A stretch of 64,000 bases of DNA from Anthoceros angustus (Eukaryota > Plantae > Anthocerotophyta), in assembly GCA_010909165.1 (NCBI GenBank), contig MU008151.1, positions 992,001 through 1,056,000 of the forward strand. The letters run 5' to 3'. The notes beneath the pieces are model-generated. The model ran no database searches. It was not told where the DNA came from and worked only from the letters and a program-made list of their open reading frames with translations. Made by a program: the position numbers and the translations under genes. Below are positions 36,147-47,799 of the stretch, in pieces; positions within the stretch are counted from its first letter, which is position 1, and the number at the start of each line of letters is the position of its first letter.

Positions 36147-36372
36147 CACTACTAGGAAAAGTATACTTTTACTAATTGAAGTTTTACAACGGGGGTGCAT
36201 TTTACCACGGCCGCCCATTTTACTACGTCAATTAAAGGCACCGTTTCAAGTCCATGTATTATTTTCATGTATAGCCCAATTTTACTAGGGCTCATTCCAA
36301 TTTTACTCAGGGCTTTTTGCCAAAGGCGCAAAAGCTTACGTGGCAAATCAAAAAGGACTTTACTACGGGGCA
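36147..36372. mobile_element. CACTA (En/Spm) transposon terminus; partner TIR not found in window
   Basis: CACTACTAGGAAAA at 36147 starts exactly where the fourth satellite unit breaks off (..GCCATG|CACTA). It matches the CACTA TIR pattern CACTA..AGAAAA. Confidence 0.65.
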
Positions 36373-37720
36373 CTTAGATGTACAAACAACATAACAGATA
36401 ACAAACGAAAAGAAAGAACTCACATGCTTGAACCGTCGGATGAGAACTGCTGGAAGGTCTAAAAGTTGATTATCGAGACGGTCTAAAAGAGAGGATATGG
36501 GGCGGTGCCCCAAAACACAACAGGGCTAGACATTGTTAGAGTTGTTATTCCTTCCACTTTCTCGTTAAGGATGACACATAGAACCCGCCTAAAAATACAC
36601 CACATATGGGAAAAATAAAGTGAAAACCCTTTTTCAAGTACAACAAGAGTTAGACGTACAAACAACCATAGATGTACAACATATACATCGACCACACAAG
36701 TAAAACAATCAAGCGCTCATTGGACAACACAGACTCATCCATGCCACACAACAACACATATTTCTAGATTAGAATCGGAAAACATCCAAAGATGTTGGGA
36801 GGCAAACCTCAAAAGCGTTGCACACTTCAATACCGCACATAAACACCGGTCTATGAGATTAAGCTCCAAGACATGCACACAATACACCATGCCCAATCCA
36901 GTTCACTTTTCAATAGACACAATACGGATGAGTGATTACCAAATCTACAAGCGGGGTCTTCAACGACAAGCGAGCTGCAAAAGCGACTTATCGGACACTG
37001 CTGCAAAGTCAACTTATAACGACACAACAAACCGCACAACAACAAGAGCAAAAACAATAGACAAGGAGGCAAGAACAAACAACGCTACACAACGCACAAC
37101 AACACTACGAGACAAACAAAGTCCTTACGAGCGAAGTCAAGTAGGATCACATGACGAAGACAAGAACAAAGTAGACGGATGATACCATACAACTAAACCA
37201 AAGGACAACAAGGACCATACATAGGGACACTTCCAACAAGCAAATAAAAGGATTGTAGAAGGACAAATAAAGATACTATTATCACAAATGCATCGTGAAC
37301 AAAACTCAACCGAAGCAACACTCAAAAGCTCTAAGTCAAGTTCTGGTCGATTTCATAAAAGGAACCGGAGGGTCGTTTTCATAAAAGCAAGCGACCACCA
37401 TTGACGCTTCAACAACAAACACGATGTACAACGAACAACAACAATACGGAACAAGAGGAGCGGAGGCGTATCGGCAAAGACAAATCGGATAGCAATTGAG
37501 CATCGAGACATCTTCTAGCAATATAGACAAGCACGCAGAGAACAAGATCATCGACCGGGAAAGACACACGCGATAAGGCCAAGACCGAGCGGCGGAATAC
37601 ACCGCGCCATTTGACACCAAAACCGCACAAACAACAAGAGCAAAAACAATAGACAAGGAGGCAAGAGACACGTAAGCGCAAATGGACAGCGATTTCAAAA
37701 GGGAGCGATAGACCTTAACC
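36372..37720. repeat. >=1.33-kb dispersed direct repeat, second copy 62672-64000 (runs off the window)
   Basis: Colinear from AGATGTACAAACAACATA to GGGAGCGATAGACCTTAACCTTTA. Confidence 0.92.
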
Positions 37721-38200
37721 TTTATCAGAAACCTTGGCCTTGTGTCAAAACACCTTGGCCTTCGGACTAAGCAACAACACAGGCCTTAGAAGCAAAGACC
37801 TTGACCTTGGGCTGGAAACCCTTGGCCTTGAAAACAACCTTCAAAGCAGGCAGCAAAGCGACCTTTGCCTTGAACAAACTTTCTGAGACCTTGGCCTTGA
37901 GCGAAGGGCGTAAAACCTTAGCCTTTGGAGAAGGCTGAAAGAACGGCTCAAAACTTGAACAAAGGCCTTAGCCTAGAACACCTTGGCCTTGAAGGCTACA
38001 AAAGGACTTAGCCGACACAAACAACCTTGGCACCGAAACTAGAACTACGCTCCTAAGCCTTGAGCAAAGCCTGGATGCACCTTGGCCTCAACGAAGATGC
38101 GAAGGCCTTGGCCTTGACAAGACGGAATACCTTGGCTCGAAACTAATCAGCGAGACGCGCTAAGCTGCGGAGGTTGGACCACCTAGGCCTCAAAAGGAAG
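37720..38200. repeat. Degenerate array of (A)CCTTGGCCTT motifs
   Basis: More than 10 imperfect CCTTGGCCTT / CCTTAGCCT copies at irregular spacing. A minus-strand TATA-like GGCCTATATAAA lies at ~38230-38243. Confidence 0.6.
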
Positions 38201-40159
38201 AAAGAAAAGACCTTGGGCTTTGGAGAAGCCGTTTATATAGGCCACCAAAACCCTAACCATTCTCCCTCTGCCGGGCGTTCTCTCTCTACCAAACTGATTT
38301 GAATTAATCAACCTAACATTCCGAGCCGAATCCAAACCTACGAGGTTCGCCGCCGCCGCCTGTTCAACCAAACCTAGGTTCCGATTCCAAACCTAGCCTA
38401 ACCGCACCAAACCTAATCTCCGAGCCCGGCGGGCGTGGCCAGCTTCGTCCAACCACGCACCGCATACCCCGTCGAACCATCTAGAACCCTAAGTTTTCGA
38501 TTTAAACATACACATAGGGTTTCGCTCACTTCGCCCAACACGCCGTTGCTCTTCCTTTGTTCCCACCGTCGATCACGACCTTTGGCGGTCGGCGGCATCT
38601 CTGATCGGCGCCTTTGCAGTGTGTTCCGCTTGTGGTGTCCTCGGGAAGCTCGACGCATCGGCTCCACTTCCCTTCATCTAGGTCGCCACCACACCACGTC
38701 GATGGGCTCTCTTTTCAGTCGCCTAGTCTCTGGTTCCAGTCCCTCAATTGCATGTGTCATTCAATTGCACTCTTTGATATTGGTTCTGCTGGGAACTATC
38801 TGATCAAGTTCATTTTGCAGCCCACACCAGTGGCATCCAGCTCACGCTTAGCTCCTGCCGCCGCCAATTGGACAACAGGTTCGTTTTGGCTTCCTCCGGA
38901 GGTGCGACGTCAAGCACAGTAACGTCGTGCCGGTTCTCCTTACTCTTTCGTTCTAGCCCTTTCGCCCAGCATGTCGGCGTGGCTATTGGGTCCAGCCCAC
39001 ATCGTTTCATGCAGGATCTCCCTCCAGGCTTTTGGTTCCGATCCGACCGAGTTCTCTGTGCCTTTGCACCGAAGGGTTAGCTGGAAATGTTCTCTTGTGG
39101 GTTATGGTGCTCTTCCTTTGTTCCCACCGTCGATCACAATTTTCTGTTTGGTCTTTGCCGCGATCGCTTTCGGTGACCAGTGGGTTAGTTGCTAAGTTGC
39201 TCTCTTGGTCTTGTTTTTCTCTCATTGTTTTACTACATGCCTTGTCCCTTCTTACCCACATGGCTTGTCCTGCCAGTTCCTCTCTCCTTGCGTGTCGACA
39301 CAGCATCCGACTGAGTTTTCAATTGGTTGCTTGGTATATCGAGGTGTAAGCCGGAGGCTCTTTGCCTGCTTTGCCATAGTTGTCACCGTAAGCACATCCT
39401 CTTTTGGTGTTGGCGCATGTGGCGATTACTTCAAGTTTCTCTCGACGAAAAGGACCAAGTTTGTAAATCTCGGTTGGTCTCATCACATCCTCATTAGTTG
39501 GGCATGATTGGTAAACGGCATGGAGTCTTTGATGGGCTAGTGTTTTCAATGCACATTTGTCATGCACTTAATAAACTCACGACCCTCTCCTCCTCCAGAA
39601 TTGAGTGCGCCAAAGGTCACGCAAGAAGGCGCCATCCTAGTGTAATCGTCCCGTCACAATAATTCTATGGTGTCATTTGAACGACGTGTCCGGAGGGTTG
39701 GGCCGGTGGGAAACTAATGCATGATTGGGTTGGAGCGGGGTAAGGGGTTCGTCAGCAAAAAGAGTCTCGTTCTTGAAGTCTTTTCGAACATAGCTATCCT
39801 GCGTAAAACATGAATCTTGTGTGCGAGTTTGAGAACATATTCGCGCTTGTTGCTTCCAACAATTCGGATTGGTGATGACGAGCTTTTAACAAAATTCGAT
39901 GCGGATCTTGCGACAATTGGTTTCGCGTGAAGCATCAAACGACGATCGTGGGGTAATACCTTGCTCAACCCGTCGCTTTGGCGCAATGCGTCTTGTCGAT
40001 CGGTTGTGATGGTGTCACTATGATGTGTTGATGGCTTTTCATTTGAATCGGGATGGAATCGACAACGAAAGCAATAACGATTTTCAAATCCAAGAAGGTA
40101 CTTGATTGCTACTATTATACGCTTCTTACTTTGCTTTTACTTTTACTTTTACTTATATC

Positions 40160-41754
40160 TATCGTGTCAACCCCCAGAAGAACTCACATGGCGCCACCAC
40201 AGCGCCATTGACAAATTACTTCCCACCCATGGGGATCCAGGATATGACGCTAACGCAGAGTTTGAACCACCACTGGAGATCGGAAAGATCGTAGAAAAGG
40301 TATTCGTGAAAAATGATTCTTGTTAGTCTGTATTCTCGTTGGTCGAGTCTAACAAAACCCGTGGGTTTCATCCTCTGCTGAGCACACAATGTTCTCTGTG
40401 ATGGACAAACAAGACCTTAAGCATCTTGCGAGATGCTTGATTGAATAAGATAAAGAAGGTAAGCACTTTTCTTATTTCATAAACTTGATCTAAGTATGCT
40501 CGAATCCAAAATCTTAACCCTAAATTTATCTCTGCGGGATATAAAAAGAACCTTGAACAACGACTCAATTGGGCTGAAGCGTACACACTTGTGGAAAGGT
40601 TTAATGGACACCGATTTCAATGCAAACAATGTTGGAGGGATATCAAAGTTCCATCCAGCGATCGAGGTAATCAAATTAACATTCATACCTTCTTTGCTTC
40701 TTCACATTTACCTTCTTACTTGGCATTCTGAGAATCTTTGGAAAACGCCAAAAAATATAAAGGACAAAGTCGATGAGATTGACAACAACATTGACAATGC
40801 GCCATCTCAATCAATTACAAAATGTATTTTGTATTTAATTTGTTTTAATATGATTTTGGTTTAAGAAAGTAATGATTTTGGTTTTGATCGTGCAAAAAGA
40901 AAAATAGATGACTTCATGGAGAATGGACCAACTTACGGGCCGTCACTTGAGTTCACCGAGTTTGGAAAGTGGATGAGCAATTTTCAATATCCACCACTTT
41001 TGAAGACTTTAAATCTAAGTATCGCAATTTGGGAGCATAGTCTAAAAGAGCAAATGACCCATCTTGAATGAAGATGGGTCCAACCCACATTCGAAAGCGA
41101 TCAGAGATCCAAGCAAGTAAGCCGAAACTCCCTTTCTCTCTTATTTTTTACATATAATTCTATGTAATGTAATGTATGCATTGAATGCGAGATAGGGCAG
41201 CAATTGAAAATAAGGAGTTGAAAGCAGCAGACTTGTTGTCTCTCATGGAAGAACCGGAGACAACGAAAAATATTCAAAAGGTACATCGTTTGAAAGATAA
41301 TATCTTGCATTCCAGATGAATTCTAATGTTTTATGTTTCTTGAACATACGATCACATTTCCGCAGTGGAATCTTCACAAAGACGTGTTTAACGCTTGTCG
41401 AAAAGGTATATGCAAAGAAAGATCTTCTCCGAATTGAAATGGAGGTAAATGACTAATTACTTTTACTTTTTGTTTGTAGTTATCGAGAATCAAAACGAGT
41501 TGTTTTCACTCTTTGAGGTGAGTACTAAAGTTAAAAACAAATATGTTTTATATATGAATTCGACAATGGTTTAAATTGAAAATATTCTCGCTTGGATGAA
41601 ATATTCGAAATGATTATACATTTATCCGGACCATACAATCAGCAGCTCAAAAGTACTATTCGAAGAAGGCACGAACCATTTTACACTCCATCTACTCCAA
41701 TAGAAGATGAGTAGAATTTACCAAAACCATTTGAATTACCTTACACTGGCGAAG
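40160..41754 (+). other. AT-rich multi-exon coding-like segment, product unidentified
   Basis: Coding-like blocks (WRHHSAIDKLLPTHGDPGYDANAEFEPPLEIGKIVEK; RTLNNDSIGLKRTHLWKGLMDTDFNANNVGGISKFHPAIE) end at canonical donors: AAG|GTATTC ~40299, AAG|GTAAGC ~40459, GAG|GTAATC ~40667, GAG|GTAAAT ~41444, GAG|GTGAGT ~41517, AAG|GTAATG ~41754. Short T-rich introns separate them. Confidence 0.4.
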
Positions 41755-42029
41755 GTAATGCTTTTATTGTGTAAAAGGATTCAAAAAGCAAATGAATGAA
41801 GCAATGAAAATGAGAGAGAGAGAAATGACATATAAGATGGGTGGTTTAGGCACCAAGTCTATCTGAGTTCACAGACCTCGGCTCCTCAGCGCATCGGGAT
41901 TAGGCGCGTCGGCCCCAGTTCGGCCGCTCCCTTGAGGCAGCGCGTCGGGCACGGCCTAGAACGGTCTCGGCCTCACGGCCTCGACCGCTCGCCGTGACGC
42001 CTCCGTTCTAATACATGGCACTCCCCATC

Positions 42030-43004
42030 GTAGGGAGGACGAGGGCATGGCACTCACCGAGGGAGGGGAGGCACCCCCTACGCGAGCGGTGGGGCGGAGA
42101 AGTGCAGGTTAAGGTAGTAATGAGGCACGTGAAGGTAACAAGGGTATGTATACTACATGTATGTATGTGTGGGTAGTATGTAGGGTGACTGGTGGCCCTA
42201 CATGGGTAGGATGTAGGTAGGGTGAGAGTGTCTCCCTCGTAACTAGGCAGGCAGATAGGTAGGTAGATAGGTAGGTAGGGTGAGAGTGTCTCCCACCGTA
42301 GGGAGTGGCGAGGTCTCCCACCGTAGGGAGTGGCGAGGTCTCCCACCGTAGGGAGTGGCGAGGTCTCCCACCGTAGGGAGTGGCGAGGTCTCCCACCGTA
42401 GGGAGTGGCAGGTCTCCCACCGTAGGGAGTGGCGAGGTCTCCCACCGTAGGGAGTGGCGAGGTCTCCCTACCGTAGGGAGTGGCGAGGTCCCCACCGTAG
42501 GGAGTGGCGAGGTCTCCCTCGTAGGGAGGACGAGGCATGGCACCCCACCGAGGGAGGGGAGGTGCACCCCACGCGAGTGTGAAGGAGAAGTCCTGACAAA
42601 GTTAAGGTAGTACGAGGGTAGTGTAACAAGGGTATGTATACTACATGTATGTATGTGGGTAGTATGTAGGGTGACTGCGGTGGTGGCCCTACATGGGTAG
42701 GGATGTAGGTAGGGTGGACTCTCACGTAACCAGGTAGGTAGATAGGTAGGCAGGCAGATGGGTAGGGTGAGAGTGTCTCCCACCGGAGAGGTCCCCACCG
42801 TAGGGAGTGAGGTCCCCACCCAGGGAGTGGCGAGGTCCCCACCAGGGAGTGGCGAGGTCCCCACCGAGGGAGTGGCGAGGTCCCCACCGAGGAGTGGCAG
42901 GTCCCCACCGTAGGGAGTGGCGAGGTCTCCCACCGAGGGAGTGGCAGGTCTCCCACCGTAGGGAGTGGCGAGGTCCCTACCGTAGGGAGTGGCGAGGTCT
43001 CCCA
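42030..43004. repeat. Higher-order repeat: two ~490-bp units, each ending in a 25-bp minisatellite array (42289-42520; 42777-43004)
   Basis: Unit CCCACCGTAGGGAGTGGCGAGGTCT is repeated head-to-tail about 9-10 times per array without spacers. The preceding ~260 bp is also duplicated. Confidence 0.92.
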
Positions 43005-44068
43005 CGGCGCTGGCGGGCGACTAGGAAGTTGTTAAAGAGGACTAGCATGCAACATGGGAAGTTGTTAAAGAGGACTGATATGCAACATGGCAAGGAATCG
43101 ACGGCCTATATCAAGGAGTTTCACCGTCACTACCAAAGGGCCATGCAAGTGTGTAGGGGTGGCACCTAGGAAGCTCGCGAGGAATCGCGAGGAAGAGCTT
43201 GTGCATTAGGGAGTGACACCTAGGAAGCTGCGAGGAATCGCGGAAGAGCTTGGTGCATGCAAGGAAAGCTAGAGCAAGGACTTGGTGAGAACGCGTGCCG
43301 TGTGTGTGCAAGGAGAAGGAGGTGTGCGTGCATAAGGAGTTGTGTGTGAAGGATTTGAAGCACGACTGAAGAGGGCAAGGCGCTGATTTTTTTGTGCCCA
43401 CCTTGCAAGTGAGGGATTTGGGCGCATAAGGAGTGTATGTTGTGAGGACATCAAGTTTGAGCTAGGTGGGACTGTGGAGTGAAGAGGAAGTAAGTGGAAA
43501 AGGGTGAAGTTGCTCTCTTGGTGGATTTTGTGGCGAGTGAAGAAAGCTTGCAATTGCGTGGGGCGGGGGAGCCGAGAAGAGCCCAACACATCCGGCGGTA
43601 TATGGAAGGCCGTGAGGATGACTCGGAGGTAGAGGAAGGCATGGAGCAAGATCCGCTCACGGGACCTTCTTGCGGTGGAGGCGTGGAGGCGGTAGGGCCA
43701 TAAGAAGTTGACCCTACGTCCGTAGGGAGGTGTAGAGGGTGGCCCTACATCCGTAGGATCACCGATGCGGCGACATCTAGGGGTAATTGAAGAGGTTGGT
43801 GGTAGCTTGGGCGTGGGCTCATTGCTTGGGGGAGACTTTCTTTAGAGGAGGAGGCATTAATGCTTGTCAACCCAAGAGGGTGTGTTGACTAGCTAGATAG
43901 GAATGTTGGCGAGCCATTAAGGCTCACATAGGTGAAGTTGCTAGAATAGAATTTTACCCAAGATGCTTGGATGTCAGAACTTAAAGTCTGGCAATAGGAT
44001 ACACTAGAATAAGGAGTGAGGCAGTGCTAGGAGGGCGCGCCAGGGGGAGGTTGTATGTGAGGTCCTCC

Positions 44069-44078
44069 CTATAAAAGG
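44069..44078 (+). promoter_or_regulatory. TATA-box-like CTATAAAAGG in an LTR-like context
   Basis: CTCCCTATAAAAGGAGGGAG is typical of plant LTR promoters. LTR boundaries could not be defined. Confidence 0.3.
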
Positions 44079-45384
44079 AGGGAGCTTGTGAAGTAAAATT
44101 ATCATGTCTTGCGCTCCCAAACTTGCGAGTCCTTTGCTCCTTGTAGAGGAATTTCGTGCCGGCTGCAAGCTAACGAAGGCCGTAGAGAGGGAGTTTGCGG
44201 TCGGAGTGCTTGGCGGAGGCTCGCTCCTTGCAGGCGCCTCTGCAGTTGCTCCTTGTGAATGGTTGCCGTGAAATTGCTTTGCTTTGGGTGTGTGGCGATG
44301 CCCAAGGAACTCTGGCTTGAGGGTAGACTACGGGGAAAGACTCGGAGGTTCTCGCCGTCTGTGCAAACTCATAGCAACCGCCCAAGGAAGAACTTGTTGG
44401 CTTGTAGGCGCACTCTGCCAGCCGTAAGGGCGAGCTAGGGCAGTGAGCTTGAAGTAAGGTTAGATTAGGAGGATGAGGAGTTGAGTTGAGGTGAGTGTTG
44501 AGGAGAATGTGGAGCTGAATGTTGAGTAGAGGAGTAGGTAGAGATTAGAGTAAGAAGAAGGCCCAAGTCGAGCCTAAGGGAGGGGTCCCAACCGCACCAA
44601 ACCGAGACCGGAAGCCGGGCTAAGGTCTCAAAATCACGGGTGGAGAAGTCGCTACGTAGGGGGTCCCTACGCAGACGGTGGACCTACCGCCATAGGGTGG
44701 GACCCACGATCGAGGATGTCGTTGTAGGTCCAGAGTGGTGATTCGAGCAAAGGCGGGAGTGGCGCCGCCGAGTTGGTGGTTGAGGTGTGCCAATTGTGGG
44801 AAGGCGATGGGAAAGGAATAGTGGACGATCACGGGTGGTGAAGTCGCTGCAACGTAGGGGGTCCCTACGCGGCGTAGCCGACCCACCGCTGGGGTGTGGA
44901 CCCATAGTCGAGGGGTGTCGCTAGGTCTAGAAGCGGTGATTGACGAGCAGCATGGTGAGGCGTGGCCGCCTGTGGAGTGAGTTGAAGTTGCTCCACTGTG
45001 AGGGAGCTTGGGTGTGAAGAGGCGGTGGTTTGTGCCTTGGATGTTGGTGACCGACAAACAAGAGTCTCATGGGACAAAACCTATTGTACTTAGCGATGGG
45101 ATAAGTGTGGCCACTAGAGGGTGAATCTAAGCCCCGGGTTTTCCTCCCACAACGGGCTGAGCCTGGGGCCGGCCCTCTCGCCACAAGAGGGCCGGGAGAT
45201 CCCTGGATGGTCGAGAGCCGAGTGACCAAGCTCCGCATCCGGGGTGACTAGTGGTGAAGGGTGCCTGCTGCATGAGAGGGAAATTCCCGCTGGGACCGGG
45301 AGATCACGGGTGCGACCGCCTGTGGAGTGGACTCAAATGTTTTTTTCCTTTCCCAACCCGCCTAACTGCATTGTGTCTAATCCC

Positions 45385-45625
45385 AAGGAAGGGTCTGTGG
45401 CCCAAGGTGAGGCTTGTGTGGCCTCGAGGAGGGGTCTGTGGCCCAAGGAGTGTGTGTGGCCCAAGGTGAGGTCTGTGTGGCCCAAGGTGAGGTCTGTGGC
45501 CCGAGGAGGGGTCTGTGGCCCAAGGAGGGGTCCGTGGCCCAAGGAGGGGTCCGTGGTGGCCCAAGGAGGGGTCCGTGTGGCCTGTGAGGGGTTTGTGTGG
45601 CCAAAGAGAGGTCTGTGGCCCGAGA
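45385..45625. repeat. ~19-21-bp minisatellite (GGTCTGTGGCCCAAGGAGG-like, about 12 units)
   Basis: GTGGCCCAAGG / GTGGCCCGAGG is repeated in tandem with small variants. Confidence 0.85.
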
Positions 45626-46724
45626 GGAGGATCGGGAACATCTTGTGCGCGGTGGTGTATGAGGTCCCGGAAGAAAGGGGTGAGTGAGTCGCTGTGAAGA
45701 GGAGTCTAGGAAGTGGTGAGCGCGAGAGTCCGGAAAACGCGGAACGCCGAGGAAGGTTGGGAATAAATTGTGGGTCGAGGTGAGGTGCCGCGGTACGGCC
45801 ATGTGTGCATCCACCCGAGAGGTGTGAATCCACGTGAGTGTGACTTGGTGTACATGTGAATTTGTGTGCATAGGACCATAGCCCTTAACGAGCGAGCAGG
45901 GGAACCGGTGCCAAATAGTCGACGCGACGCCCGCGCGTGCGCCGGCCGGGTGGGTTCCACCACAGGTCGGATCGACCACCGCTGTGGCCAACCCACCACG
46001 GCGGTGGCGGAATCCACCAGTGGTGAATCCTATCGTGGGATCGGACACGTAGTTGATTATGGTCGGTAGGAACCGATTGTAGAGGACTAGAATCCATAGT
46101 TTTAGAACATCTCGACACAAAACCATTCCCTTGGGATCGAATCCTAGGACGATAATGACATGAGGGTAAATGTGGCCTCTTTAGTCTGGATGCAAAACCC
46201 ATTCCACATTTTGGCGCCGTCGGGAATGAAACCTCATAAGGTTATAGGAAGACTAACCATAGCTTAGGTGTCTAGTTTTGGAGTGTATCTAGTTGGGTAG
46301 ATGGATGCCACGAGTTGAGTCGGAGGATTCGGAGTCAAGCCTGGACGGAAGGCCTCAAGCGGGGCTGCCGCCAAGCACCGGAAAGGTTGAAAAGGGTCAT
46401 GGACCGAATTGAGGAAGACCCAAAACCAAGGCGACTCCGCCGGAAGGAGAAAGGAAGTAAGGAATCAACCGGGGTCGGGTCCGATCTTGTTGGAGCAAGA
46501 TCCCAATCGGTTTTGGACGAGGTACCACGCATGGACCTTGGACCAACTGGTCTTCGACCTCTCTTCCGTGTGTGCATCGCTGGCCCAATCAATCTTCCGC
46601 AGGACACGCTGTCAATCCGCCAAGCATCAATCAACCACGATAGTCAACTATCTACCACTGCGTGGTCACCACCAAGCAACCTTACCCGTTGTATGGAGAG
46701 GGAAAGGGGTATGAGGATCCTGAC

Positions 46725-46934
46725 TATTGGATAATATGGTTTGGTTTCATACCTAACTCTAGTTAAGAGTATCATTTGATTAGTTAACTAGGATTACTTT
46801 AGAAAAACGGTTACACTTCTTCTTCATGTACCTTTTGATCGATTCACGATGACATTCTCTTCCGCTCCCGCGCTCCTCAGCATCTGGTCCTTATGCTTCT
46901 AAATCTATGATGTCCGTATGATGCCCATATCACA
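46725..46934 (+). repeat. Copia 5' LTR
   Basis: TATTGGATAATATGG...GCCCATATCACA, repeated at 52421-52623. Confidence 0.93.
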
Positions 46935-46937
46935 AAT

Positions 46938-46950
46938 TGGTATCAGAGCC
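46938..46950 (+). other. Primer-binding site complementary to the initiator tRNA-Met 3' end
   Basis: TGGTATCAGAGCC lies 3 nt after the 5' LTR, the canonical plant copia PBS. Confidence 0.93.
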
Positions 46951-47799
46951 ATTCTGAATCATGCCGTCGTTCGGTATTACCAATGCCCCGCGTCATTGGA
47001 TCAAGGCCGCAATTTTAATTGACCCAAGGAAGGAACGGCGGCTTGTTTTCAACATTCTACGATGTCTCAGAGCGCAATTAGGCGCCTTTCTCCCGATGTT
47101 GATAGGGATGGACAGACAAACGCCTTCCAGACCGCAAATTAGAACACGCAAGTAATTTTGGCACAAAGCAAATGGGAGTGCTTTGAGAGAAAGCACAAGT
47201 GACTTGCTTACAAATATGCCTTGCAGGAGGAATGACGATGCAGATTCCAACATTGCTTTTCTTTTCCTTTGCAATCACAGTAATCAGCCAAAGACGTGAA
47301 TACACTTCACATCGCAGATACACAGACTCCTACACGATGCAATAGTTCGCTTTTTCGTCTGCAGTAAAGACCCAAAGACTCGGCCATTAAGAACCTCGAT
47401 CACACTTAAGACTTCGCAAGAATACACACATGTAGCAAAACATAATCATAAGAAAGAACTGATCTCTTTGCACAAACAAATTGGAGTTTTGACTAAGCAA
47501 TTTACACGATCGTCACATGACTTTGCTAACTTAGAACTAGTTGTCGCAACCCGCCTTCATACAAACAAATCACGACATCTCCTGCTGATTCCTCCTACTA
47601 CTTGCTCATGCCTCGAACCCATTGAACAAGTCTTAGAGTCTCTCTCCACCATGTTTGGGAAGATCCCAATCTGCCCTTCTTAGCCATTAGGTCACGAGGC
47701 TAATTGTAGCATAGCCTTATTTTGCATGTGGTCTCCTCCAAACAGATCTTTACATTATATCCCACGCTTTTCCTGCATCCCTTTTCCTCACAGACAAAC

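Noticed and set aside
40160-40330. piggyBac transposase (GDPGYD motif)
   Set aside because: The downstream VDE and KP.K.G motifs were not found, so this is a short chance resemblance.
42289-43004. CRISPR array
   Set aside because: The 25-bp units are head-to-tail with no unique spacers, no cas genes are present, and the context is eukaryotic.
42008-45833. Long ORFs over the minisatellites (42109-43005, 45244-45687 and others)
   Set aside because: They are open only because the repeat units lack stop codons.
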